A stretch of 64,000 nucleotides of DNA from Candidatus Entotheonellaceae bacterium (GCA_965238075.1 OZ250173.1:2688001-2752000), one strand, 5' to 3'. Shown: positions 1-9,212, numbered from the stretch's first letter. A program made the numbers and translations. The notes: a model not told the origin generated them from the sequence alone.

Positions 1-1
1 C

Positions 2-1108
2 GATGACACCTGTGCGCTGGCGCAGGCGATAGCCGACGACGAGCACGCCGGTCTGCCGGAGCCCGACGAGGTTGCGACCACGGTGCCGGACCTGGGGTTG
101 TGCGACGACAGCCTGCAACAATTGCCCCCGGCTGAGCGCATTGCCATGGCGCGAGACGCGGAACGGGCCGCCCTGGACTACGACAGCCGCATCACGAATT
201 CGGAAGGTGGCTCGTACGACAGTTCGCAAGGCGACGTAACGTACGTCAACAGCCACGGCTTTGTCGGGCACTACCGCGCCAGTCTGGCTAGTCTGTCGGT
301 CGCCTCGATTGCATCCGACGCGGGCGGCATGCAGAGCGGTTCGTGGTTCACCGCCGGGCGCCGGATGGACAGCCTGCAAGCGCCGGAAGCGCTGGGTCGG
401 GAGGCTGCACGACGCACCCTGCGGCAACTGGGCGCCCGCCGTGTGCCGACGCAAAAGGTGCCGGTGGTTTTCGATGCCACCGTCGCTGCCGGCTTGCTGA
501 ATCACCTGTTCTCGGCAGTTTCCGGCTCCGCTGTATACCGCGCGGCGTCGTTCCTCACGGATTGCATCGGACAGAAAATTGCTCCCGAAACGGTCACCGT
601 GTACGACGACGGCACACTGCCCGGCGCGCCGGGCTCGAAGCCGTTCGATGGCGAGGGGCTGCCGACCCGCCGCACCACCGTGGTGGAGCAGGGCGTCCTG
701 CTTGCCTATCTGCTCGATACGTACACGGGCCGCAAGCTGGGCATGCGCTCGACAGGCAACGCGGCACGCTCGGCAGGGGAGGCGCCGATCGTGAGCCCGA
801 CGAATTTTTTCATGGTGCCGGGCACGGCGACGCCCGAAGAGATCATCGCCTCGGTACCGAGCGGCCTGTACGTGACCGGTCTGATTGGCTTTGGCGTCAA
901 TCCCGTCACCGGCGATTATTCGCGCGGCGCTTCCGGGTTGTGGATCGAGGGGGGTGAGCTGACCTATGCGGTCGAGGAGATCACGATCGCGGGCAACTTG
1001 CGCCAGATGCTGGCTGACATCGAGATGATCGGCAATGATTTGGACAGGCGCCGCCGGGTGATGGCCCCAACGCTGAAGATCCGCGAGATGACCATCGCCG
1101 GCAGCTAG
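2..1108 (+). CDS. pmbA: TldD/PmbA family metalloprotease modulator (PmbA-type), 5'-truncated by window edge
   Basis: Frame open from position 2; motifs SKPFDGEG, GVNPVTGDYSRGASG, EITIAGNL and C-terminal MTIAG. Confidence 0.9.
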   Translation, partial: DDTCALAQAIADDEHAGLPEPDEVATTVPDLGLCDDSLQQLPPAERIAMARDAERAALDYDSRITNSEGGSYDSSQGDVTYVNSHGFVGHYRASLASLSVASIASDAGGMQSGSWFTAGRRMDSLQAPEALGREAARRTLRQLGARRVPTQKVPVVFDATVAAGLLNHLFSAVSGSAVYRAASFLTDCIGQKIAPETVTVYDDGTLPGAPGSKPFDGEGLPTRRTTVVEQGVLLAYLLDTYTGRKLGMRSTGNAARSAGEAPIVSPTNFFMVPGTATPEEIIASVPSGLYVTGLIGFGVNPVTGDYSRGASGLWIEGGELTYAVEEITIAGNLRQMLADIEMIGNDLDRRRRVMAPTLKIREMTIAGS

Positions 1109-1130
1109 CGATGTCCCTTTCCCCTAAATT

Positions 1131-1208
1131 GTCATTCCGGGCTTGACCCGGAATCCAGCGGCCTTTGCTCCCAGAAAACCCCTGGGCTCCGGCTTTCGCC
1201 GGAGTGAC
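1131..1208. repeat. Inverted pair of REP-like palindromes (GTCATTCC...GGAATCC family) between convergent genes
   Basis: GTCATTCCGGGCTTGACCCGGAATCCAG (1131-1158) and CTGGGCTCCGGCTTTCGCCGGAGTGAC (1182-1208); each is a hairpin and they are inverted relative to each other. Confidence 0.75.
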
Positions 1209-1270
1209 GGCTGCGGGAGTCCTATTTTCATTGCTCTCATGTGGCCCGCAAGGCCATGGGGATCCCTGCC

Positions 1271-2044
1271 TTATTCCGCCTCCCGCTTCACCGGATTACG
1301 CAGCACGCCGATCTGCGAAATTTCGATCTCCACCGTGTCGCCGTCTTCCATCGGTCCAACGCCCTCACAGGTGCCGGTAAAAATGGCGTCGCCGGGGTTC
1401 ATCGTGACCACTTGGCTGATGAAGCTGATCATGGTTGGCACGTCGAAAATCATCTGATCCGTCCCCGAATGCTGCTTGACCTCACCATTCAGGCGCGTTT
1501 CCAGCGTCAGCTTCGACGGGTCGGCGATGTCGGTCTCGATCCACGGCCCGATCGGGGAAAACGTGTCGCTCGACTTGCCGCGCCACCACTGCAAATCGCC
1601 GCGCTGCCAGCCGCGGGCGCTCACGTCGTTGCCGCAGGTGTAGCCCAGCACGTACTCAAGGGCGTTCTCCGGGGCGACGCGCTTGCACGTCTTGCCGATC
1701 ACCGTCACCAATTCGCCCTCAAAGTGGGTCATGCCGGCGCCGGGCGGGATGCAGATTGGGTCGCCCGGATTGCACAGTGACGAGGGCACCTTGTAGAAGG
1801 GCTCCGGCTGGGTGGGGGCTTGGCGGTTGCTGCCACTTTCCTGCACGTGCAGGGCGTAATTCAGGCCCAGGGCCAGCATCTTGCTGGGCGTGCAAGGCGT
1901 CAGGAGCTTGACGGTATTGAGCGGAAAGCTGTTGCCGGTCGGGATGCGGTCGCCGAAGAGGCCGCCTTCGATCTCCCTGATGTTCTCGCCTTCGGCAATG
2001 CCGTGGCGGGTCTGACCGCCGGTCTGGAAACGGACCAACTTCAT
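1271..2044 (-). CDS. Fumarylacetoacetate hydrolase family protein
   Basis: GLNYALH, HFEGEL, YTCGNDVSAR, GKSSDTFSPIGP, GDAIFTGT motifs. Confidence 0.92.
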   Translation of the reverse strand: MKLVRFQTGGQTRHGIAEGENIREIEGGLFGDRIPTGNSFPLNTVKLLTPCTPSKMLALGLNYALHVQESGSNRQAPTQPEPFYKVPSSLCNPGDPICIPPGAGMTHFEGELVTVIGKTCKRVAPENALEYVLGYTCGNDVSARGWQRGDLQWWRGKSSDTFSPIGPWIETDIADPSKLTLETRLNGEVKQHSGTDQMIFDVPTMISFISQVVTMNPGDAIFTGTCEGVGPMEDGDTVEIEISQIGVLRNPVKREAE

Positions 2045-2178
2045 AACGTGTCTTCCTTCATTAGCGAGGAGTTGTGCCTTGGGAACGTTGCGGAGGCTAA
2101 TATAGTACAGGGCTTGGCGGCAGCAAAGGCATTTCTGGCGGATGATGTTTCGTGCCGCGGCGTCGCGCGCCGGGGCTC

Positions 2179-2208
2179 TTGCAAGCGGGAGCCTGATACG
2201 GCTACACT
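2179..2208 (+). promoter_or_regulatory. Candidate sigma70 promoter for the porin locus
   Basis: TTGCAA-N18-TACACT upstream of the AGGAG RBS and ATG 2285. Confidence 0.4.
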
Positions 2209-2284
2209 GTCCCGAAATTTTCCCGCAAAGTCTCGCGGCCCCGAAGTTCTCTTCACTTGTTCCCCAGGAGAATTCATCGCTATC

Positions 2285-3778
2285 ATGTCTGTCTCAGCAA
2301 GGATTTTGCGCGTGGCGCTCATGGTTGGCCTGTTCGCTTTCTGGACAGGGCACGCTTGGTGTCAGAACCTGGCGGTATTCCCGAAAGAAGACCTTCTCCT
2401 CATCGGCGGCGATTTCCGCCTCCGCAGCATCCACAGCAACATGGCCGCCGCGAATGACACGGGCGGCGGCGAGAGCGGCGGGTTTCCTGTCGCCGACAGC
2501 TCCACGAAATCCTTCTTCGATACCCGCCTGCGCTTGTACTGGGATTTTCGGCCCAGCGAGTTGATGCGCGTTCATTACCGCATGGAAATCGGGGATGTCC
2601 GCTTTGGGGGTTGTGAAAGTAGCGACATAGATTGCGAAACAGGTAGTGACGTCAGCGGCAATCTGGTGCCGGTGATCGGGCCGGGCGCCGGCGGTGGCGT
2701 CGGGGCCGATGGGGTGAATGTCGAGACCAAAAACATCTTCATGGAAATGACGCTACCCTTTATCCGCGGTCTGAGCTTTCGAGGCGGCATCTTCGGCTAC
2801 GGCGACCGCTACGACTTCAACATCCTGGCCGATGACTTTGCCGGTTTGCAATTAAACTACCGGCGCAGGGACGTCTCGGCGCATCTCGTGTACCTGAAAT
2901 TCTTCGAGGGCGATACCCGGGACAACGCCGACGACAGTGACTGGGTCGGCATCGATACGGAATACAAGCTGACCGACTCGACGACGGTGGCGAGCTCCTT
3001 TCATTACTGGAGCGATCAGGGAAACAAGCGCAATCTGGAAGTCGATCCGTTCCAATACTGGATCGGTCTCGAAGTCACCAGTCGTGTCGGCCCGACGCTC
3101 CTCAACGGCTACGCGATCCTCAATCAGGGCGAGGGCTATTTCGGCCGCCGCAGCGGTAAAAACGGCGGCGTGAACGCCAGCGTGTCGGGCGACTATTTTT
3201 TGTCCTTCGGCACCCTCGGGCTGCAGGCGCAGTACATTACCGGCGAGGCGGGCAGCAAAGTCCAGCTCGAGAACGCCGGCGACGAGCGTAACGCGGACAT
3301 TGGGGCGTGGCTGAGCTACAAGAATCACATGTACCAAGGGCCGGGGATTATTTCGCGCGGGTCGATTGTCGATATCGGAGACGGCTTCAACAGCAAGTGG
3401 GGCACCGGAAACGGCTACTTCAACGGCGACTACAACGGGCGCCTGCTGCTCATCGCGCGGGGCGCATTCCCGGTTCTGCAAAAACGCTATCGGGACATGG
3501 TCACCTTGCACGTGGTGGGCGCTTATGACATGGCTGCCGCTGAGAACGCCAACGGCGACCGTGACCGCGGCATCGAGTTCGACGTCTGGGCGCACGTCAA
3601 CATCATGCCGAAACTGTGGCTGCGCCTCGGCGCGGCGTACTACATGACGGGCGATTGGTGGAAGAACAACACCGACGCCTCCTTTGACGGTTACGGCATG
3701 GAACTCGGGTCGCCGGTGGGTTCCGACCCCGACAACATCTGGCAATTTTCCGCACGGCTGCAATATGATTTCGGCTAA
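2285..3778 (+). CDS. Outer-membrane beta-barrel porin-like protein, paralog 1
   Basis: Signal peptide MSVSARILRVALMVGLFAFWTGHAWC; amphipathic beta strands; GGGVGADGVNVETKN motif; C-terminal RLQYDFG. Start moved from 1820 to ATG 2285 because the longer ORF overlaps the FAH gene. Confidence 0.75.
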   Translation: MSVSARILRVALMVGLFAFWTGHAWCQNLAVFPKEDLLLIGGDFRLRSIHSNMAAANDTGGGESGGFPVADSSTKSFFDTRLRLYWDFRPSELMRVHYRMEIGDVRFGGCESSDIDCETGSDVSGNLVPVIGPGAGGGVGADGVNVETKNIFMEMTLPFIRGLSFRGGIFGYGDRYDFNILADDFAGLQLNYRRRDVSAHLVYLKFFEGDTRDNADDSDWVGIDTEYKLTDSTTVASSFHYWSDQGNKRNLEVDPFQYWIGLEVTSRVGPTLLNGYAILNQGEGYFGRRSGKNGGVNASVSGDYFLSFGTLGLQAQYITGEAGSKVQLENAGDERNADIGAWLSYKNHMYQGPGIISRGSIVDIGDGFNSKWGTGNGYFNGDYNGRLLLIARGAFPVLQKRYRDMVTLHVVGAYDMAAAENANGDRDRGIEFDVWAHVNIMPKLWLRLGAAYYMTGDWWKNNTDASFDGYGMELGSPVGSDPDNIWQFSARLQYDFG

Positions 3779-3791
3779 TCCCACACGACGG

Positions 3792-4172
3792 ATGATGCGC
3801 TGCCGCGCGGCGGGGCTGGGGTGCCTCGTTTTCGCCGCCCTGGCGGCATACGGCCAGGATGGCGGCCACGGGTATCGGCTGCGCGTCGAGCCCGGCATGA
3901 TGACCATGCGGCATACCGAGCGCCCGCGCCTGACCGTGGCCGTCGAGGACGCCTCGGGTCAGCCAGTCGATGACGTGCGGGTCGACTTCACCGTCTCTGA
4001 GGGTGTTGTGACGCCCGACGGTTCCAGCCGCACCCAGGATGGACGGGTTACCGGAACGTTCACCCCGGCTTTCGGAGGCGACAACCCCCGCCGGGCTTTC
4101 GTGGTCGTGTCGGCCGCCGGCCATGAGGTCACTGTCTTCATTGATATCGTTCCGGCCGTCTACGGGCGTTGA
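3792..4172 (+). CDS. Small secreted protein with an Ig-like (invasin/Big-1-like) domain
   Basis: Signal-like N-terminus; LTVAVEDASGQPVDDVRVDFTV...SRTQDGRVTGTFT pattern; alternative start ATG 3765 overlaps porin 1. Confidence 0.6.
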   Translation: MMRCRAAGLGCLVFAALAAYGQDGGHGYRLRVEPGMMTMRHTERPRLTVAVEDASGQPVDDVRVDFTVSEGVVTPDGSSRTQDGRVTGTFTPAFGGDNPRRAFVVVSAAGHEVTVFIDIVPAVYGR

Positions 4173-4216
4173 CAGCAAAGGTGTCCTTGCGCGTGTATCC
4201 AATCCAGTCTCGTGTC

Positions 4217-5743
4217 ATGCAACCACTTCTCAGCGGCCTGTTCGTCCTGCTGCTCGCCGTTTTCCTTCCTCTCGACCCCGTCTCTGCACAAGTCGAAGAC
4301 ATTATCCTGATCGGCGGCAATTACCGCCTGCGGGGCAACCTGCACAACATGCAAGACGGGTTTTTCGGCGCGCCGTCGCTTTCGGCGAACGGTTCGACGC
4401 AGCGGTTTGTCGACACGCGCTTGCGGCTGTCATTCGACCTGCGTCCGGACTCGCCGCTGTCGGTGCACTACGGGCTGGAAATCGGCGACATCACCTTCGG
4501 CGCCAAGAACCCGCCTATCTGGGATTCCACGGGGCATCGGTTGGAGAACGTCGGCTCCGGCAGCGGGGGCGGCGAGGGCGCCGACGGGGTGAACCTGGAA
4601 ACGAAAAACGCCTACCTAGGGATGGAGATTCCGGGGGTGCCGGGCCTGTCATTCCGGGGCGGCATCCTTGGCTGGGGCGATCAGTTCGATTGGACCATTC
4701 TGGCGACGGATTTTACCGGCCTGCAGTTTACCTACGAGCGGCAGGCGTTGTGGACGCAGTTCACCTTTCTGCAGTTTCTGGAAGGCAGCCTGCGGCGCGA
4801 TGAGGAGGACTCGCGCTGGTTTGCGCTCGACGGCCGCTACGATCTGACCGCCGACACGGACGTGACCGCCAGCCTTTATCTCTGGGACGACAACGCCAAC
4901 GACAATCCCGTTAGCGGCGCCGACGCTTACCAGGTTTACGCTGGTCTCAAACTGACCACGCAGGTTCTCGAGCGCGCTCGGCTGGAAGTTTCCGGCGTCT
5001 ATAACGTCGGACAGGAGTTTCTCGGCCAGTCTTGCCATGTCAGTGTGAAACGCACTGAGATGGAACAAAGTGGGCAGCACTGCCGGGATCTGCTTGGCAG
5101 CCGCACCGGGCTCGACGGCTCGGCCAATCGGGGCTTCATGGGCAGCGTGCACGTCGATTACCCGCTGGGCAAGCACTGGCTGGGCCTGACGCTGCAATAC
5201 ATCTCCGGGGAGGCGGGCAGCCGCGCCTCGCTGGACGATGGGGGCCGGGACGTGAACGCCTTTCTCGGTTTGTTCAACTCGCAGTATTCCGGTTTCGGTC
5301 GGTCGCGCTACACCGAGGGGGGCGGTTTGGAGTTGATCACCCTGGGATCGCTGAATGATTCCACCGCCGGCCTCAACAACGTCTCGGTGTCGCCCTTTTT
5401 TGGCGGTGGCTACAACGGCCGCATGCTGGCCGTGCTGCGTGCCAAGTTCGAGGTCACGCCGGTGTTTTTCGCCTTTGCGGCGCTGGGGATGGATCAGGCG
5501 GCGCAGCCCAACGAGCATGGTGAGCGGTTGCGCGGCATTGAGGTCACGTCCCACCTGCATTGGGACCTCATGCCCAAACTCTGGCTGCGGATGGGTGGGG
5601 CCATGATGTTCGTGCAGGATTGGTGGGAGAATAACAGCGACGTGTCCCTGCACGGCTTTCCGCAGCCATTGGGCCTGGACCACAACGGTTCGATGGAGGA
5701 CATCTTCCAATTCGTGCTGCGGCTGCAATATGACTTTGGTTAA
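4217..5743 (+). CDS. Outer-membrane beta-barrel porin-like protein, paralog 2
   Basis: Signal peptide; shares IGGxxRLR, DTRLRL, VHYxxEIGD, GADGVNxETKN, GLSFRGGI, MPKLWLR and RLQYDFG with paralog 1. Confidence 0.75.
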   Translation: MQPLLSGLFVLLLAVFLPLDPVSAQVEDIILIGGNYRLRGNLHNMQDGFFGAPSLSANGSTQRFVDTRLRLSFDLRPDSPLSVHYGLEIGDITFGAKNPPIWDSTGHRLENVGSGSGGGEGADGVNLETKNAYLGMEIPGVPGLSFRGGILGWGDQFDWTILATDFTGLQFTYERQALWTQFTFLQFLEGSLRRDEEDSRWFALDGRYDLTADTDVTASLYLWDDNANDNPVSGADAYQVYAGLKLTTQVLERARLEVSGVYNVGQEFLGQSCHVSVKRTEMEQSGQHCRDLLGSRTGLDGSANRGFMGSVHVDYPLGKHWLGLTLQYISGEAGSRASLDDGGRDVNAFLGLFNSQYSGFGRSRYTEGGGLELITLGSLNDSTAGLNNVSVSPFFGGGYNGRMLAVLRAKFEVTPVFFAFAALGMDQAAQPNEHGERLRGIEVTSHLHWDLMPKLWLRMGGAMMFVQDWWENNSDVSLHGFPQPLGLDHNGSMEDIFQFVLRLQYDFG

Positions 5744-5747
5744 AGCT

Positions 5748-5776
5748 GTAGGTCGGATTAACGCAGCGATCTGACA
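5748..5776. repeat. Degenerate GTAG-type REP palindrome between convergent genes
   Basis: GTAGGTCGGATTAACGCAGCGATCTGACA: GTAG tetranucleotide followed by an imperfect GTCGGAT/ATCTGAC stem. Confidence 0.5.
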
Positions 5777-5781
5777 TCCAC

Positions 5782-7095
5782 TCATGCGCTTCCCGCTTTT
5801 GACATTGCCAGCGCGGTGGTCGTCATGTGGTATTTCGTCAGCAGGTTTGGTATTTCCCACTCCGGTAGCATGCCTCGTTCGAGGCAATCCAGATAGCCTT
5901 CCATCACTTTTCCAAAATGGGCTTCATGCCCGATGCGATACGTGTCGGGAATGTGCACCTGCCAGCCCTTGCCGGCGGGCGACGTCGTCAAGCCCGGATA
6001 ACGGGGCTCCCAGTCTGCCAACGCCTTGTCGAGCGACGCGCCCAGGCCGGTGTGGCTGACGCCCGCTGCTGGTTCGACGTAGACCTCGGGGCGGTAGCCC
6101 TGCGCCTCTCCCTGCCGAATGAACACCTCGCTACGGGTGCCGCGGGTGACCGACACGTGGGTATCGTCGCCGCCGAGCGGCGCCACGAAGTTCCAGGCGA
6201 TCCATATCCGGGTATGCACGCCGCGGATAGTGCAGGTGAATTCGCCGTTGCAGAAATAGGGCAGGGCGCCTTGCGCGTCCAGCGCCCCGTGCAAAAACGC
6301 CGGAAACGCCTGCAGACCCGTCACCTGGGCGAATTGCGCGCGGTCCACCAGTGTCGGCCAACGCCGGGCATGCAACATGTGGACATCCGAAGCGTGATCA
6401 ATCGCCTCGTCCGGGAAGCACTCCCACAAGGTGTTGTCGATGAGGTGCGTCGTCACGTCCACGATCCCCTCGCCTTGCTGCGTCACGTCGAAATACCAGG
6501 CCGGGCGAATTAGGGCCTGCCCCGAGACGTGTTTGTAGAGATGGTGCACGCTTTCCTTGACGACGGCGGGCGCCTCTGGTGTGCCCCGTTCCAGGGTGCC
6601 GAACACGCTGGGGTTGTTGACCAGCGCGCGCGCGATAATCGAGGTGATCTCGTGCCGCTGGGTCATGATGTCGCAGATCAACAGGCCCTTGCGTTGCGCC
6701 TCCTGGCAGGCCGCCTCAAGCACTTCCCAGCCTGGTGGGTCGATGCAGATCGGCTTGTCCGCCAGAACGTTCAAGCCAGCCTGAATGGACTTCTGCAGAT
6801 ACCCTGGCCGCCGGCTGCTGTTGCCCGCCACGACGACCACGTTGCCCGGCCGCTGTTGCAGCATGGCGTCGAGATAATCCGGCCCCGCGTGGACTTGATG
6901 TTGCCAGGATGTCGGCTGGTCGGCGCGCTGGTTGAACGCCTCGACGCGCTGCAGATGCAGGTCCAGGTCCGGTCCTTCGGGCGCAAAAACGCTGACCGTC
7001 GGGGAGACCTGTTCGTACATGCGTTTTTGCACCAGGGCGGCATGAAAGTGACCGGGGTCGAGTGTCATTAAGCGAATGTTGTTCTGCATGTCCAT
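5782..7095 (-). CDS. Gfo/Idh/MocA-related putative oxidoreductase
   Basis: LDPGHFHAALVQK, NVLADKP, QQGEGIVDVTTHL, GHEAHF motifs. Confidence 0.8.
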   Translation of the reverse strand: MDMQNNIRLMTLDPGHFHAALVQKRMYEQVSPTVSVFAPEGPDLDLHLQRVEAFNQRADQPTSWQHQVHAGPDYLDAMLQQRPGNVVVVAGNSSRRPGYLQKSIQAGLNVLADKPICIDPPGWEVLEAACQEAQRKGLLICDIMTQRHEITSIIARALVNNPSVFGTLERGTPEAPAVVKESVHHLYKHVSGQALIRPAWYFDVTQQGEGIVDVTTHLIDNTLWECFPDEAIDHASDVHMLHARRWPTLVDRAQFAQVTGLQAFPAFLHGALDAQGALPYFCNGEFTCTIRGVHTRIWIAWNFVAPLGGDDTHVSVTRGTRSEVFIRQGEAQGYRPEVYVEPAAGVSHTGLGASLDKALADWEPRYPGLTTSPAGKGWQVHIPDTYRIGHEAHFGKVMEGYLDCLERGMLPEWEIPNLLTKYHMTTTALAMSKAGSA

Positions 7096-7155
7096 GCCTC
7101 CATTGCCTTGGCTTGGGGTGCGGTTGCCACGCCTGACGGCGGTGTGATGATTGGT

Positions 7156-7510
7156 TTCCTATGAAAATAGCCTGCGAACGCCCCCGACCGTCGTAGGGGC
7201 GCCCCTTGTGGGTGCCCACTGTTCCGTGCTTGTCAGGGGGCGGCGGTCGCTCCGGGAGTCATTTTCATGGCTCTCGATGTGGCCTTGGCGCCATGGGGGA
7301 TTCCTAATGAGAATAGCCTGCGCAACACCCCGACCGTCGTAGGGGCGCCCCTTGTGGGTGCCCACTGTTCCGTGCAGGCGGGCATCCACAGGGCGGGCAT
7401 GAGGCCCACCTGGGGGAAACATATAACCCCCCAACCCCCCTTGTCAGGGGGGCGGTAGTCGCTCCGGGAGCCATTTTCATGGCTCTCGATGTGGCCTTGG
7501 CGAGGCCATC
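7156..7510. repeat. Composite mosaic repeat (A-B-A-x-B) containing two GTAG-type REPs
   Basis: Unit A about 7156-7229 and 7301-7375, each with GTAGGGGCGCCCCTTGTGGGTGCCC (7193-7217, 7339-7363); unit B about 7230-7290 and 7441-7502 (TTGTCAGGGGG...CATTTTCATGGCTCTCGATGTGGCCTTGGCG). Confidence 0.85.
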
Positions 7511-7643
7511 GGCAATTACCATACAAATGGAGGGGTTGTGACGCAACAATCCGTTGACGTTGCGGCGCTGCCGGGTTGTGTATAATGGCCCGCACATTTT
7601 CAAGAGGCGTCCGAAGACACCGTCAGCAAGAAGGAGAATGACA

Positions 7644-8435
7644 ATGAAGGCGGGAAGTACGCAAATCGAGGCCGGGGCGGTGACGTTCGCCCTGCAGTAC
7701 CGCCCTTTGATGGAAGATCAGGGGGTCAGCATTCAGGTCATGGGCGAGGCAGAGGGCGAGACGGCGGAAATCCTGCGGTTCGATTGCTTCGACCAGTGCC
7801 CGCACTATCACTATGCCCCGAACAAGGCGGACGTGCGCTACGACATGGATAAGACCACGGCGGGAAACCCGATCAGCTGGACCTTGGAACAACTGCGCAC
7901 CCGGCTGCCGGACATGCTGGAGCGCGCCGGTTACGAGCAGGTGGCGCAGCAACTCGATTGTGACCTGGTTATCGAGAAGCTGGACCAGGTCGAGGAGGCC
8001 GCCCGCTACATGGCCATCAAGCAGCGCCGCACGGTGACGCACAAGCGCGGCGACGTGGTGGTTGAATGCGGCAACATTCGCTTTGGGCTGGAGTTCCGTG
8101 AGCCCAACGGCGACCGGGGTCTGGCGATTCACGTGCTCAGCGATGTCGCAGGGCAGGAGATCGAGCTGTTGGCGTTTGATTGCTTTGAATCGGCGCCGCA
8201 CTATCATTACGGCCCGCGCAACCAGGACGTACGCATCTATTGGGACACCGCGGTGGTGCCCGATCCGTTGGCCTGGACCCTGGCGCAATTCAAGCACGGC
8301 AGATTGCCCGCCATGATCGCCCGTGCTGGCTACCCCACGATTGCGGCAGCCCTCGATGAGCCGCTCATCGCCCGCACGCTCAAGCGGGAGGTGAAGCCCA
8401 AAGCCCTCGCCATGCGCGCCGCCCACGCTCAGTAA
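7644..8435 (+). CDS. Hypothetical protein made of two tandem homologous domains, each with FDCFxxxPHYHY
   Basis: AAGGAG RBS 7 nt before ATG 7644; LRFDCFDQCPHYHY...WTLEQL...RLPDMLERAGY repeated as LAFDCFESAPHYHY...WTLAQF...RLPAMIARAGY. Confidence 0.8.
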   Translation: MKAGSTQIEAGAVTFALQYRPLMEDQGVSIQVMGEAEGETAEILRFDCFDQCPHYHYAPNKADVRYDMDKTTAGNPISWTLEQLRTRLPDMLERAGYEQVAQQLDCDLVIEKLDQVEEAARYMAIKQRRTVTHKRGDVVVECGNIRFGLEFREPNGDRGLAIHVLSDVAGQEIELLAFDCFESAPHYHYGPRNQDVRIYWDTAVVPDPLAWTLAQFKHGRLPAMIARAGYPTIAAALDEPLIARTLKREVKPKALAMRAAHAQ

Positions 8436-8489
8436 AGGTCACTCGCGGTCCCGTTGAGAAAGGCTCTGCACTGCCACGGTCGACGCTTG

Positions 8490-9212
8490 CGGCGCTTGAC
8501 GTCGAGTCCCGGATTCCGCAGCCATCCCATGGCGGAAACGGATTTTCAGCCCAACGTCATCACCTATGCCATCGAGGCGTTGAAGATACGTTTTCGGGAA
8601 CGCGAAGATGTCTACGTCTCGGGCGACCTTTTCATCTACTACGAAGAGGGCAGCCGGGCGGCCTCGGTCGCCCCGGATGTCTTCGTGGTATTCGGCGTTC
8701 CCAATCACCGGCGGCGAACCTACCTGTTGTGGCAGGAAAGCAAGGCGCCTGACTTCGTGATGGACGTGACCTCGAGCAGTAACCCGGGAGGACGATCAGG
8801 GGCGTAAGCGCCACCTGTATACGCGTTTAGGGGTGTCGGAATACTGGCAATACGGACCCCCACGGGTGATGTGCTTGATCCGCCCCTGCAAGGCTTCACG
8901 CTGTCGGACGGGCAGTATGGCGAGGCGCTTGCCTTGGAACAGGTGGGCGCCGTTTGGAGCGTTTACAGTCCGATACTCGGACTGAATCTTCGTCTTGATG
9001 AAGGCATGCTGCGGTTTCACGATCCGATGACGAATGAATACCTCTTGACCCACTTGGAGGAAAACAGGGCGCGACAGGCGGAAGCCACGGAACGTCAAGC
9101 TGAAGCTCAGGCCCGCCGTGAAGCGGCAGCACGACTGGCTGAACTGGAAGCCCGCCTGCAAACCTTGCAGCAGTCGTCACGCCCGGGACGGCCGGATCAA
9201 TCGGAAGGGTGA
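8490..9212 (+). pseudogene. Uma2 family (PD-(D/E)xK) endonuclease pseudogene
   Basis: PMAETDFQ, VAPDVFVVFG, APDFVMDVTS; removing extra bases at about 8781, 8854 and 8861 restores TREDDQGRKRHLYTRLGVSEYWQYDPTGDVLDPPLQG; the N-terminal YPDSD-like segment is also disrupted. Confidence 0.85.

Noticed and set aside
1820-2284. 155-aa N-terminal extension of porin 1 in the ORF track
   Set aside because: Overlaps the FAH gene antisense; the RBS and signal peptide point to ATG 2285
7156-7510. Possible CRISPR array
   Set aside because: Only two copies of long modular units, no unique equal-length spacers and no cas genes
7554-7586. TTGACG...TATAAT consensus promoter
   Set aside because: Spacer is 21 nt, too long for the pair; only the -10 hexamer is credible
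7159-7603. Several short ORFs over the repeat region
   Set aside because: They translate the repeats in multiple frames and have no RBS or family motifs
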